Source of the DNA: Oopsacas minuta
Taxonomy: Eukaryota > Animalia > Porifera
Direction of reading: 5' to 3'
Assembly (NCBI GenBank): GCA_024704765.1
Contig: JAKMXF010000244.1
Location: forward strand, 239,905 to 303,904
DNA: 64,000 nucleotides
Below the pieces are notes generated by a model that was given only the letters and a program-made list of their open reading frames with translations, did no database searches and had not been told where the DNA came from. Positions 1 to 13,450 of this stretch are shown one piece after another. The translations under genes were made by a program, and so were the position numbers. Positions within the stretch are counted from its first letter, which is position 1. Every line of letters starts with the position of its first letter.

Positions 1-243
1 TAATAGACTCAAATGAGGAACAAGCCTTGGCACAAAGCATATAATCAAACTTTCCATACTTTGAAAAACCACAAGAGTTACAAAGAAACGGATCTTTTTC
101 GTCGTAGTTGATTGCCCGGCATTTGTGACATTGGAAAACATTTTCACTACAATTGGCACAAATCCCTGGGTGTACTGGAACTGGAGCACTACATCTTGGA
201 CATTGGAGAGTTTCAGGTGTTGTTTGTACATTCTCATATAGAT
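1..243 (-). CDS. UBR4: UBR4 coding exon F (Cys-rich zinc-binding segment; runs off window). Not in the supplied ORF track
   Basis: Acceptor TTTCGTTATAG|AT (phase 1). Manual translation [81 protein letters not shown] matches recalled UBR4 [53 protein letters not shown]. Confidence 0.97.
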   Translation of the reverse strand, partial: MYMRMYKQHLKLSNVQDVVLQFQYTQGFVPIVVKMFSNVTNAGQSTTTKKIRFFVTLVVFQSMESLIICFVPRLVPHLSLL

Positions 244-2572
244 CTATAACGAAAATATGTGAAAACGATGCAAATATATATTATGTGTATAAAGATAAAT
301 TGAGGTATAAAACGATATAAAATTTCTGGTGTTCAAAAGATATCAATATACTCAGTTGAAGCCCATTTACTTATCATGGTACATTTATAAGCAGAAATAT
401 TGCCACAAAAAATTCAATGCAATCGGACTTCGTATAGGTGTCGCGGAATTTGCTATAATGCGTGGTATAGAAACTCATTGAATATCAATCGTTTGATAGA
501 AACCTTTCGAATATCCTTCTTCCGTGGCATTTGAGTAACTAAATAACAGTTATGAATATGGTAAATAACTAATTGGGCTATACTGGATGGTATCATCAAT
601 TCATTTTGAGTACTTAAATTTATTCTGTGGGTCTGTCTCACTTTCATGTATGAAGATGCGAAATCGGTGAGGAGAGAATTATGAATCGGTGTATATTTCC
701 TGTGTAGACTACCAACAATTTTCTCAGCCTATATTTCAATAAATATTTAGAATGTAAAATGTATTAGAGGATGAATAATCGAAATTTACAAAATTTTGTG
801 ATGTCAAGTATACATCGAATGTTCCTGACCATTTTTAGATATATTGAGGTGTTGAGATAGCCATATAGCTTAATAACAAAATAATAGGGGACAATGGTGC
901 ACCAACAATGAATATTTCATATGGGAAGAAAATGTAATTACGAAAAGCAAGTGTACTCCTCACAGACCCAAATGCGATACCCTTCTTTCTCCGGGGATTT
1001 CCAAAGATAACATCTGGATATAGGGTTTATAGGGTTTAAAACACATGAAAATTTGATCAATATGATGATATTCTAATATATATAGATAGGATTCAATAAG
1101 AATACAGCAGCAGACTCTGCTAAATACGATCAAATAGTGAGAAGGCCACAAGGGTGGATCTATGATTTCGGTAAGGGAGCGGGGAAAAAATTGCAAGCAG
1201 CTAGGTAGGGTTGAGACCATAAGTATTCTTCGCTATACGTTGCTATATGAACTCCGGAAAGAAGTTAAGTATATCAGTGTTATTATATACTTTTATGCGA
1301 TCTACTGATTCGATCGTGTAGCTCTGTATACTATCAATTCATTGCAAACTGTCTCTTGAAATAGTAACCTAAATGATCAGATCAATGTTGGTTGATTTTC
1401 GTTCATTAACTAGAAACCCACACGTATAAGGAAGTGGAGAATAGGGACTGTCTTAAGATTAATAGTTCTAATCAACTTGAAAGTTTAGTAGTAGAATTCA
1501 ATGTGAATCTACTACAAGTAGCTATTTTTGGGCGAGATTTATATAAAAACATTCATGTATTTATTGCTATAATCAATTAAAAAAACGAAATATAATTCTC
1601 AGAAAGTATTTTTGTACAAATTGTACCATAGTCAGACAAAAACCTTGGGAGATAGTATTTAAGTTTTAAAAATAATCTGTCCATGAATTTAAAGTTGTTG
1701 CAGGAAGTGGCTATACAAATTCACTCGAAGACGTCTGGTTAAAGGAGATTTGCAGTTGAATGTATAAGTGGGGAAGGGGATGCATCAGAAGAAATGCTAG
1801 AAAATTCGAAAGGTGCTCACTATGGGCAATTTAAACACAGCGATACATGGGGAGATCTTGTGTAAAGTGTGACAGCACTATTTATTTTGTTTTAACAAAC
1901 AATCAAAAAGAGTGACACATGGAGGGGATAGTTCAAAGATATTGGGAAATTTGCTTTACATAAGTTTGAAAGGCCCATTATGTAGAATTTGTCTAAGTTT
2001 GATAGAGTTCTTTATACTCATTTTTGTGGGAATAAGTATTTAATAAATTTGTATGACTAATACATTCAAATCAGAGCGGAGGGGGACTCTGCCCCATCCT
2101 GATCCGTCCAGAGGTCATATTCACCCGATTACGCGGATATCGTTGTTGGCCCAATTAACCGAAGTAAATTAGGATCGTAAGATATGTTTCCTGCCAAGAG
2201 ACCCAATTACTCAAGTTGAACCGATTAAAGATGACTTTAAAAGCGGATTGCAAATTAGTTGGGTTATTCTTGGTGTATACATAAATTTTTTGATGGTTGT
2301 ATTCAGGTAGTTATCCCAGTAATGCACTTGAATAATTCATAATTCGATTAAATCAAAACACATGGCCAATATTCCATAAATTAGCCAACTTAGTTACGAA
2401 GTATATAATGGAGAATCGTATATAAAATATGATGAAAATCTACTTTGATGATTGAAAAATTAATGAACTCCTTGGAAGTCATAAGAAAATTTATGGTTAA
2501 CAGTAATATCATCGACTGAATATTGAATATCGATTTTTAGAAATTCGTAAAATTGAAAAGATGCCCGAAGTA

Positions 2573-4715
2573 CAGTGAAACCTCTGGAATCGGGGCATGC
2601 GGGATGCTGGGAAAATTTCTGACGCCCCAAGTGTGAGAATTCCCCGATTCTGGAATTCAGTGTGGTATTGTGTCAAATACACCATTTTCCGTATATATGT
2701 AGCTCACATTATGTCGTACTATTGTTTCGTATTGCTAGTCACATAGTAACGTTAAAATATTTCATTCTGCTACATATTGCTTATCCTGAACACCTCTCTA
2801 AAGTGAAAATCTGCTGGTTCCAAAGATGTTCACTTTTTAGAGATTTTACTGTTAAGTACTCGCATAATAGAATATTAATTTCTATGCTACATTTTGCCCA
2901 TGAAGAAGGCTAGTAACGGTCTCTCTGTTCTGAATAAAGTGGCAGTCGCAAAGGAATTGCAGGCTGGTGTTACACATGCGAGCCTAGTGCTGAAGTACGA
3001 AACCTCCGAGGGTACTGTCGGGCGCATCAGGGAGAAGCGTCAGCAGTGGCTGGACTTGGACATCGAGTGTATGGACAAGAAGAGAAAGCGTATCGAGAAG
3101 AAGAAGACACCTGATGAGATCGAGAACAAACTGCTGCAGTTTATAAATACCAGCAGGGAGAAAAATTGCATCGTAACAGGACCAATTTTACAAGCTATGG
3201 CTCTCCGCATTGTCAAAGATACCGCTGGGCAGGAAGAGTTCAAGGCTTCGAACGGCTGGTTAGAGGCTTTTAGGTTACGTCACCATATTGTCACTCGAGT
3301 GCTGTCTGGGCAACGTGCATTCGCCCCCGTGGAGCATGCCGAGGACTACAAGGCCAACACCCTGCCTGAGATACTCTCGCAGTAGCAGCCGTGTCAAGTG
3401 CTGAACGCGGATGAAATCGGCCTCTATTGGGACCAGACTGGGGAGGAAGACCTTGATAATGGAAGATGCAGACAAGGCTGGCGCGAAAAAATATCTAAGA
3501 AACGTATCACTGTATTTCTTACCGCTGCGATGGATGGTACACTGGTGGCTATGGAGGTGATCAACCAATACCTGCATCCCGTGCCTTCTCTACCATTAAG
3601 CAGGACCTGAAGAGACTGCCTAAATGTATCTCCTGGAGTGCTTCAAAGAAGGGGTGGATGACCTCTGAGATTTTTCACAATTTTTGGTGAAGGTCAATGA
3701 AAAGTTCCGACATTCCAATAGTGATTGTGTATTGTTCCTGGATAATTTTTCGAGACACATGGCAGGTGTTGACCGCTGTTCTAACGATGACCTCTCTAAC
3801 ACCCGCATCGAGTGGCTTCCAGCCAAGTGCACCTCAATCTGCCAGCCGATAAACATGAGCATTGGTCAGGCCTTCAAGTTGAGGTACAGGAAGTTTCTCC
3901 GCGAACACATGTGCAACCAAATGTTCGCTCACAGGCACCCAACCACAGGGTTGGATCTCATGCGTGTGTGTGTATGGTTGAGCAGGGCCTGAAACTCCCT
4001 CAACGGCTCCTAGACTGTTCAGAGGTGTTTCATAAAGGCTGGGTTTATCATGACAGGCGATGAACTGATCCCAACAGAGGAATTCCCTGAAGATCCAGGG
4101 ACTAATGAATTGGCCCTCTTGGCTCTTGAGGCTGAGATCGCTGATCCACCTATGGTAGAAGACCATAAAAAAATCATTAATGAAGTGCTGGAGCCATCTC
4201 AGGCCAACAATGTAACTGTCCTTGATAAAGAACCTAATGTCGTGATGAACGACTGTGAGCCTGTCCACGCCATCACTGCAAGGGCTGCCACTCAGGCTCT
4301 CCTCGACATGGAGATATTCTTTCAGGATCAGGGGAAGCAGGTCGACGCTGAGTGGTGCGCAGTACACGCTGACGAGGTCAGAAAGGTGACAGAAGAGCAT
4401 AAGAAGCAGACAAAGATGAGCCAATTCTTCTCCCAATGTTAGTGTAGGTTCTGTGTAGCATGTATATTGTGTTGTATTCGATAGTTTTTGCGAAAATAAA
4501 ATTTATTGACTTGATTTTAGTACTGATGCCCCGATGGCGTAGGGGATTTTAGTATTAGTTCTATACAAGCTGAAAGAATTAGATTTTCAGGGTTTACCCG
4601 ATTCCCCGATTGTCGCTATTTCCCCGATTCCAGAGGTTCATTTGTATGGGAAAATATTATCGCGAAATTCAAGTGCCCCGATTTCAGAGGTTCTCAGATT
4701 CCAGAGGTTTCACTA
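2573..4715 (+). mobile_element. pogo/Tigger-family DNA transposon, full length but inactivated
   Basis: TIRs CAGTGAAACCTCTGGAATC and GATTCCAGAGGTTTCACTA (18/19), with TA on both flanks. Transposase pieces from 2894 to 4442 include CENP-B-type HTH motifs (FKASNGWLEAFRLRH), LNADE, LFLDNFSRH and CQPIN (third Asp is Asn, spacing 36). Interrupted by stops (e.g. TAG 3383) and frameshifts. Confidence 0.93.
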
Positions 4716-7700
4716 TAGTATTAAATAACGCAAAATTATCTGGATATAAGAAATAAGAGTAGCTGAGGTCAGGTGCAGATTTAGAATTAATTAAGAACTC
4801 GCTTAAGTGCCAAATTTGGTGGCTTAATGTTTGATGGTAAGAGACGAGAGTGTTTACGAAAATACAGGCATGCTGAGAAGTCACCGATATGAAAACTGAG
4901 CCATCATACTATGGCATGGACTGGGGTGGAAAACAAAATTATTAACCGATTTACGGCGGAAGTGATAACGAAAAGGAACACGGTAATTTCACCATTTCAT
5001 TTTAACCAAATCTAGATATTTGAAGTGACAAAATGAAAGATTTCATGGAATATTCTGTTAATAGAGAAAGCGGAGGTGAAGTCTCTGCTGTTTTTCCAAA
5101 CAATTCAAATGAATCAGCCAAAGGTCGATTCTTTCTGTATAAATGAGCTAATTGGAACATGTTTGTATTGGATTCGGCTGGAATTTTCCAAAATTGTATT
5201 TCCATAGTGTTAGAATTATATTAGAAAATTAATTGTTGATATTTGTGACAGAAACTATGCTATTGATGATAAAATATTTTTCAAAGACTGGCAAACTGTC
5301 TGGAGTTCATTTGGATTTAATTCAACTTTTGGCAACCTACTTACTATGAACTTTTTGCTAATTTGCTAAATGGGTTAATTTCAATGGTCTGTATTTGAAT
5401 TTTTATTCAACCAGGATTTCTTAGAACGCATTAGCTATAAGTAGAAGTTGGTTGATTCTGCATTTTAGGAAATTCCATTAATCTAAGACGGCAAAGCTCT
5501 TAACTTTATACAAGTGTATGCTATGGCAAAGTCGAAAAATGCGGCCTAAAAGGCATGATATAGCAATATTCAAAATTACTCTACTATAATAATCCCATTA
5601 CGGCCGAAGTGTCACATTCGTAACGAACAGGTACACGTGAATTCTACCACTTCGTTTCAAACAATTCCCGTACCCAAATCGAAAATTCCACATCAACTGT
5701 TATACGGCCATAAACTGACACATTTTCCCGCCAGTATTCTGTTGTAGCTTTCGTAAATTTCAAAATTTCAACAAAAAATCTATTCAAATATTTGTGGAAA
5801 GAATTAAAGAGAAACAAAATAGAGAATCAACTATAAACATACAATATTTGCATTTTATCAATAATTTGGTTGAAAATTGGAAATTTCGTTTCTATTTACG
5901 AAATGTAAACACTTTAATTGAATTTACTCAAAATCGATTCTTAATAGGGAATTTGAAGGAATGCATTATTGTTCGTGGTTAAGGAATTTGTATAGTTAAA
6001 TTTGGAATCTGCAACAGTGAAATACGACAGAGCAAATTTTCTGATAATTAGACTTATCTTTGTTATAGTTATTGTTACATACTAATTTATTATAATAACA
6101 ACTTGTCACAATATTGAAACATGCAGCAGGGGCGAATATAATTGAGCAAATATCATGGCAAATAAATTAGTATACAATATTTGTTGATAAGAGTAGCACA
6201 AGAAGCAGCACTAACAACAAAGTGGTATAGCTAAACAGAAATTTAAGGACTTTAGGGGAACTATTCACTGGCACTATACTTACGTAGCTCGGTTTCCTAA
6301 TTTGAAGAACATAAATCAAGTATTAACAATAGTGTAAACACATAATCCACCAAGAATATATCATAATTCCTTATACAAAATTTGGTTAGTTTTTGTTGTT
6401 ATTAAAACATTTTGTGTTATTGTTACACCCAAAAGAACCATAGAAAAAATTACTAAACTAAGTCAAATACCTAGAAGTAGTTAATCCAATTTACATGAGA
6501 TATTTCAAATTGATTTCAAATTCCTATTCGACACAGTATGAATGACAACGGCAAAAACACTTGACCTTAAAAAGCAACTTCTTTAGTTAACAATTATGAA
6601 TCCTTACCGCAGTATGTCACTTGTCCCAAACATATCCCATAGGCGCTATTGAAAAAAGTGACACGTGGGGTCACTAGTTGAAAGGGTGTTCAGTATTTAA
6701 TTCGGGTGCTTAGAATACGTTTTCACAACCAAAGTGCACTTTCCCAAACAATGTGAAAAATTTCCGTAAATGATTTGATCTAGGATAATACATGATATCA
6801 ATGGGATTTTGGGTGTACGCATAGCTTTGGTAGGGGAGTGTGCACATAAATGTATTTATGTTCAAAATGAGTGAAGAATTTGGAATAACATCAGGCAAGT
6901 TTTTAGAATACAGAGGTACTTTAGGGCCTTGCTAGGATATGCTCGAGGTTTGGAAGTAAATTCAAACCTATGACGAAATTCTGAAGCTCTTGTGCCAATT
7001 GTTTTGATTGAAGAAATACCACATTATTAGCAACAGCCCAGCCAACATATGTGATAGAACTTATAAAATTCGATCACAAGTACCCCTCAATTCATCAAAT
7101 GTCATAACCACATGAATGCATAAAGATACATTCTCGAAATTAAGTAAACATATATAATTTTAGAAGATTCGATGCAAGAATTCCACTGATGACAAACCTA
7201 AACAAGTTGCAATAAGACCACAAAAGGCCATTAAATGTAATATTGGTAGAACATGTATACTATAGTATGAAAAATCTTGCTAATTAGTGAATTCGAGGCA
7301 CATAGAAATGAGTATATAGTTTCGTGTGCGACCAATAACACTGATAAATTCGATGAATAATATATTTAAGCTAGCCTTGAGCACTAAGCTGTGCCGCAGC
7401 CATCTGCCAAGTAGATATAAGTCACTGTGGAAATTGATTACTCGCGAAAATGTTAATTTGATCAGATAAATTGAGTATTGGCAGGGCAATCTAAATTACT
7501 CAGAGTATTTAAATTTAGTAGCAGTCTCTAGGCTACATATGTACAGTTACTTGCAGAGATGAGACCCACTATTTAGGTACCGATTATCCGGCTAGCAGTT
7601 TGTTATCCTGAGACTACGAAAGTACAAGCGAAAAGAGGTCGTATGAGCAAATGGCAGTATTAACGGCCAAATTAAATATCTCCTGAATTCTTCAAACAGA

Positions 7701-9826
7701 TTCTTTGTAAGTATTCGACTCATCAAGGTAGATAATGCAGTAGTTATGACTCTATCCAATAGTGGTAGAGATTAAACCAAAGAGGAGAGTCATACAGAAG
7801 TTTTTCTCGCATTTTTGAAATATTGTGTTTGCTGTATAAATAAACTATACTCAGGTATTTTGGACCATCATAATAGTGAATATATACATAAGCAAATACA
7901 ACAAATTACGCCGAAAATTCAAATTATTGTAATAGACAAGGATAAGACAATGAAAAAGACTAATATGGATTCCAACCCTCAAATATTTTTGAAAGTATAT
8001 ACCAAATTTGCATTTCTAACTAGAGTAGATTTGTAATAACTTACTCATACTGTAGAAACTAGCCCCACTAATCGGGCACTCCACTGGATACTTATATACT
8101 GTTGGTAAAGCATGCTGTGTATGCTAGAACAGCTTGTAATGGCGGATAAGCGTCGCTTACTCAGTAGAAAATAGTGCTAATAGAATCGTAATCAATAAGG
8201 CAGACAGGCACAAGATCCAGATCGGTAGGTCGACAATATTCTCAGAAATCAGCGTGGCCAGATCGAAACTAAAAAAGTTTCAAAAACATTCCAAACAACC
8301 TAAAGAAGAAAAAGCATAACGCTTAAGTATTGTGAGTTCGAGAATGCATAAGTGCCTTTTCTTGAGGATGTCAGATAGTATAGATAGGGTGGCGTAAGTA
8401 TTGCGAGCATGCTCACACCCATATTCTGTTGGAAAGACCAAAATGAGATGGAACAATTCTGAAAGCATCATTGAATTCTACGGATCTGTGACCCCAGGGT
8501 GAATATTTTAATATGTTTACGGCAAAATGATTTTTACATATTTGCGATAAAAGTGGGACAAGTGGTATGTAAAATATGTATGCGGGATTTCGCATGTAAA
8601 CAATTATGTTGCAAAGATCGACATATTTCTAACTATACAAATACTCGTATGTCAGTTTCAATAATTTCAAACTACTTATATTGGCTCTATATTTCACTAG
8701 GTACCTAAATATATTTTGAACCCAATAATTAGTTATGGTCATAAATGCAATTGGCAAATAGATGAAACGTAAAATTTATTGATAGATTTTACCAGACTAA
8801 AGTCTGAACGAGAGTAGACAGGTAGCTCTAAATATTGAAATTAACAATATGGTGCATGAAAAGCCAAATAATATTTCACAGTGCAGTGTCTTGAAATTGT
8901 ATATTTAGATGTGTTAAAAATTATGTTCGGTTAGTATATAGATTTCTTGTCTTGCTTCCAGTACCAATACTAGGGGAGAGTTGTATATGGAGTAACCAAA
9001 TCTCTTAACCGGCAGCATTCATCCGGTACTGGAAGAAGCATGTATGGGGCTCCATCCAAAGTCCATCAACTTGACATATTAGAAAGTAGAAGGTATTACT
9101 GGTGGTGACTTTATATCCTGCGCCATTGAGATATTAGCTTCAAAATTCAACCAAAGAGCTTCTAATTAATACATGAATAATATATTTTAACAATTTATTG
9201 ATAAACACTTGGGAACTATGACATTCCAATAAAAAGTATTAAACGATTTGTTCTGATGAGGGAAATACAATTCCTTTGGGATATAGAAGTGCATTTCTGA
9301 GAAAATTATAGAAACGCTGAAAAGACTATTAAACATGTTGTAATATGGCAATGCGCAATCCTTTTTGGAGAAATATTTAATTCTGTCAATCGAAAGACAT
9401 TACAAGGTTCGAATAAACTTAATTACGGGGATGATCGAATTAGTAAGGGTTCGGATTAGCAAGGTTGATAATTGCTAGGGTATATTGTACTCACGAAGCA
9501 TGTCCTTTATGAAAAAGACGTACAAATAGTACTCTAAATATAAATCAACGAATATAATTAAACTATACTTTAAAACAATTTGTAATGCTCCTTATGTACT
9601 CCTCCATTGGCCACCACATGTAAGTAAATACACAACCATTATATTTCGCGACTGTAGGCCAATAAATATAATATCATTAATATGGTTATATAAATAATGA
9701 AAACAAGACCAGTTCCGAAATTATAGTGGTTGATCGAGTCTAAGACTGTATATCCATGATGCAGGGCATATACAAGATCGTGCGAGCAAGTATTAAAATC
9801 CAATATTTATGGAGAAAAGACAATAC

Positions 9827-10145
9827 CTGAATACTCAATAATCAAGTTGGAAGCTACAATAGGAAGAATAAAGAGAATTTTTATTTCATGCTGGCCAGCA
9901 TGAAGATTAACCTCTTTAGCTTTCTGCCATAATTCCCTTTTATTCTTCAATTCAACAGCACTGTGAAAGATTTTGTTGGAATAATAAATCTTCATTGTTT
10001 TAACCATCTTGTGACGCTTTAAATCAGAAATCTTCAAGTGAATATTTGTTATGGTATATGTATTGATGAATTTTACAATAATCGAGTTTGCGGTAAATTT
10101 ACTGTCAGACCTAATGGCCATCATTTTCATACTTGCGTTTGGAAC
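9827..10145 (-). CDS. UBR4: UBR4 coding exon E (beta-sandwich/DOC-like segment)
   Basis: Acceptor CCTTTAG|GTT CCA and donor TCA G|GTATTG. Translation VPNASMKMMAIRSDSKFT...KISDLKRHKMVKTMKIYY...AVELKNKRELWQKAKEVNLHAGQHEIKI...LPIVASNLIIEYS continues NNPE directly and matches recalled KIGDLKRTKMVRTINLYY...VELKNKPARWHKAK...LPIVASNLMIEF. Length 319 nt fits phase 0 in, phase 1 out. Confidence 0.96.
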
Positions 10146-10549
10146 CTAAAGGAATAACATCAAAGTATAAAAACTTTGGTTGTGCAAGCAAAATATTTGT
10201 CCTAAACTCTGAATACAACATAGGAGTTTAGTAAATGACTTAAACCGATTTCCAATTCATTAAGAATACGATTTTAAACATTTTTCACAAAAAAGACTAA
10301 TGTATAACTCAAGATCGAGGACGATATATTCATTGACCATTTGAGATAAGTTAAAATGTATGATTCTGAATTGGGTGTAAATTGCTGATACACATTTCAA
10401 ATACTGAGATATATAACAAATATAACACTCTCATAAGTGGCTAGAAACTGACTAGAGCATTTATATAACAACCAACGAATAAATCTACCTTGCCAGACAA
10501 TAGGATTTAGACTAAATAATAATTTCTATGTAAATAATACTATAGTGGT

Positions 10550-11509
10550 TCGTAACCTTTGTTATAAAAGTCTTGTTACTATTCGAAACCATGGATTACT
10601 TGAAGTTTATTAATAATGAAAGACAACAATACTATTAACGAAAATACAAAATTGGTGGATTATGTCCGATAAATGTATGTTCCCTAGGTCGAAATAACAT
10701 CATATGAGTGGCTAAAACGAGAATATGTCGTGAATAATACGCCATTTTCCAAGCTCTGTCATATGATCAACATCGGTTGTCGACTGGAATTAACACCAAT
10801 TGATCCAAGGATGTTATCATAGAAAGCATCAAGAAATTTCCCTAATAAGTTCTCCAGTTCCAGAGTTAGAGTGGTTACCATTGATGGCACATATTTGCTA
10901 ATATTACTAATAACTTAAATCATCTTGCAAATACGATATGGTATACACTCGACTTCCCATAACATGAAAATACATTTTGATATGATATATTTGACGATCA
11001 CGAATAATCCTTGGACAGATGAGATCAAAATGTAGTATCGGAGCATAGGAAGCAGGATACATACAAAATGTTTGCGAGTGGATTTAGCCATAACATTAAA
11101 GAAGGTCAAGTTATAGGTGATCAATTTCCAGAAATGTATCATCCATGGTCACTACTATAACTGTGGAACCTGAGAATACACTATGGCAAATTCTTGATAT
11201 ATTGGATAAAAACATCCATGGATCAATTTGTGTAATTCTAGAGTAAACGACGCGATATATATTGATCATTTGACAGAGCCTGAAAATGTGCACATAAACC
11301 ATAATATACTCCGATTTTGGTCAATCGGATGATATCATTTCGGCCTGATATTCGTCGGATGACATAGTTTGTCTTAACTATTAACCAACAATTGTACATA
11401 TATTCTGGCCAAAATGCACCAATTTTGGATTACAAATTAAATGACATCAAGTAATCCAGATCCATGAAATTATGGCCAATGGTATGACCTTAGATAGCGA
11501 AGGTCACGA
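10550..11509. mobile_element. Unclassified non-autonomous TIR element, copy 1
   Basis: Ends TCGTAACCTTTGTTAT and ATAGCGAAGGTCACGA are imperfect inverted repeats. Internal blocks (e.g. CATCTTGCAAA..TGGTATA.ACTCGACTTC) are collinear with 14769-15845. No TSD resolved. Confidence 0.7.
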
Positions 11510-11644
11510 ATGGGTATATTCTTGACGGTCAATACAATAAATATTATGAACTATAGTATGTCTAGCATAAAATTCGCAATCAATGTATTTTGCTAAAACA
11601 GTTTAGAAGATTCTTATTAATTACTCACTATTTTGAAAGTTTTC

Positions 11645-11770
11645 AACCCTATGTCACCTAGTGAAACCTGTTGCCATATCTATAATGTCTGTAAATGTTA
11701 TATGGTGGCAATGTGACACGAGTTGAAAATATTCAACACATCATCATTTAGTATTTATATGAATAATAAG
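11645..11770 (+). repeat. Short dispersed repeat; partner copy at about 49015-49140
   Basis: AACCCTATGTCACCTAGTGAAACCTGTTGCCATATCTATAATG aligns with AACCTTGTGTCACTTAGTGAAACCTATCACCATATGTATAATG near 49020, and similarity continues to the GTTGAAA...CATTTA tail. Confidence 0.6.
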
Positions 11771-12102
11771 TCATATCACTTTTACAAAATATATTGATAG
11801 AAAATATTCATGACAGTCATCGAGACGAAGTCCATGTCATGCATGGTGATGAAAGATGTAGTGCCAACCAAACTAATTTATGAATATATCCCACAAAGAG
11901 ATAATCTCTAGTGACGAATTTGATATGATACATGGGTGGAATATCCCAAATATAATCCATAATAAAGCAGTAGTTCCAAACATTTCAATAGCGAGCAACA
12001 AGCTAATCTGGCAGCGTTGTAAAGTCTCTTTAAAAATACCCTACTAAAGATTACGCCTGATTCCTACTTTTGGCCATCAAAAAAGGAGTAGATATAATTT
12101 AA

Positions 12103-12920
12103 TGGCATTTTATAATCACCGATATTAAGGAACTGATAGATCTTCACCCAAATAGTGCAATATTGCAATGTAACAATCCAGAAAAACAAATTTGTGAAAT
12201 TTCAGATCGAGGAGACGTAATCTGTATGCGTAATTGGAAAGTACGTATGCTTATAAAAATGCTCTTTCTTTGATACCAGGAACACGAGGATTCTTCTGTC
12301 ACTTCGTTTTAACCTATTCCCGCTCCCAAATCGAGATTTCAGCAGCTTGTGGAGGTCATAAATATGAAACATTGTTACGAGGTATTCAGTTAGGGCTATT
12401 GCACTGGATCCGCTACTATTGGTTTGGACCAGGCTGCATCTCCGACAAGAAACTATTTCAAGTAGAAAGAACTACAAGTCTGAAAATGAAAAAATACTGT
12501 CCACTCGCATTTTACAACACCTAACAACTAGAAATACCTGAAACACTACAGAAGCATATTCTGTTATGGTTTCGGTTGGAGTCTCTACTGTTGCATGCAA
12601 CGAGCAAGTATATGTTCCTTATGGTGTCAAAATTAGCGCTTTGAGGGGTTACCTGAATAAGCCGAATTATATAAATGGAATAAGGCCGAATTATCAATAT
12701 GGAAAAAGGACGACTAAATTTCAAAACTGGAATAATACTTTTGAATTATGTCATAAGTTCGGATATCGGATTGAGTCTCTAGAATTGGTCCTAAACTCAA
12801 ATAGCGGAAAGACATACTGCGCAAATACTCGATTTGCCCGGAAATGTACTATAACTTCTCACAATTAAAATATGTCCACCAACAACCATGGGGTGGTCAA
12901 GGTCAGGGAAACTGTCCGAG
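12103..12920 (+). pseudogene. Possible nested gene relic (Cys-containing, extracellular-like), unidentified
   Basis: Open frame 12103-12270 (QCNNPEKQICEISDRGDVICMRNWK), a possible 35-39 nt GT...CCAG micro-intron, a long frame 12383-12868 with one TGA, and a terminal donor-like CCGAG|GTAAGA at 12921. Confidence 0.3.
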
Positions 12921-13164
12921 GTAAGATATACACTAATTCAAGGGAAAACACTTCATAACCTAATAGTTAATAAAGACACATGAATCAAAAGTTTTGCCGG
13001 TTTATCAATTAATCCAGACCTCGCGTGACATTTTTGGAATGTTCTAAAATTGATTAGGCTATATTCCGGATATGACAATTCTGCCTTATTCAGCTTTCCC
13101 ACTTTGAAATATAAACCATATTGTAACCAATACGAAGACTCTAAGACGTAGCATGATCTGTAGC

Positions 13165-13450
13165 AAGCCTTCGTATTACAACATGATGGTGCTCCTGCGG
13201 AGACAGTTAATAGCACTCAAGACTGGCTTCGAAGAGAAATTCCAGAATTCCGCTCCAGGGTGGAATGGCCACCATCCAGTCCAGACCACAATCCTAGAAA
13301 TTGTCCCTTGGAAATTAAGAGTCGAAATTTGATGCACTAAAGGATTCATTATGCTGAGAATGGCCAAATATCCCTGAGGAAATGATCCGTACAGTCGTTA
13401 AGATGTACCTAGCCGCCTAAAATAGCAATTAATCTGAAAGTGGATAATAA
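13165..13450 (+). mobile_element. Tc1/mariner (DD37D-like, maT) transposase C-terminal fragment
   Basis: Manual translation FVLQHDGAPAETVNSTQDWLRREIPEFRSRVEWPPSSPDHNP, with 37 residues from the second Asp to the degenerate third catalytic position. Confidence 0.8.

Noticed and set aside
60-90. Cys-to-Ser change in UBR4 CNSCGFSKY versus animal CNACGFCKY as a loss of a zinc ligand
   Set aside because: From memory, plant BIG also has Ser here (CNECGYSKY), so it is probably natural family variation. An alignment would settle it.
3040-4436. Minus-strand ORFs of up to 200 aa overlapping the pogo transposase
   Set aside because: They are antisense shadows of a GC-rich transposase with no recognisable motifs. 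The same applies to the antisense ORFs over the mariner, MULE, maT and DD37E elements.
453-9700. Short 60-100 aa ORFs scattered through AT-rich intron, here and throughout the window
   Set aside because: They have low-complexity I/L/F/Y/N/K composition typical of random AT-rich frames, many start at non-ATG codons, and none carries a motif.
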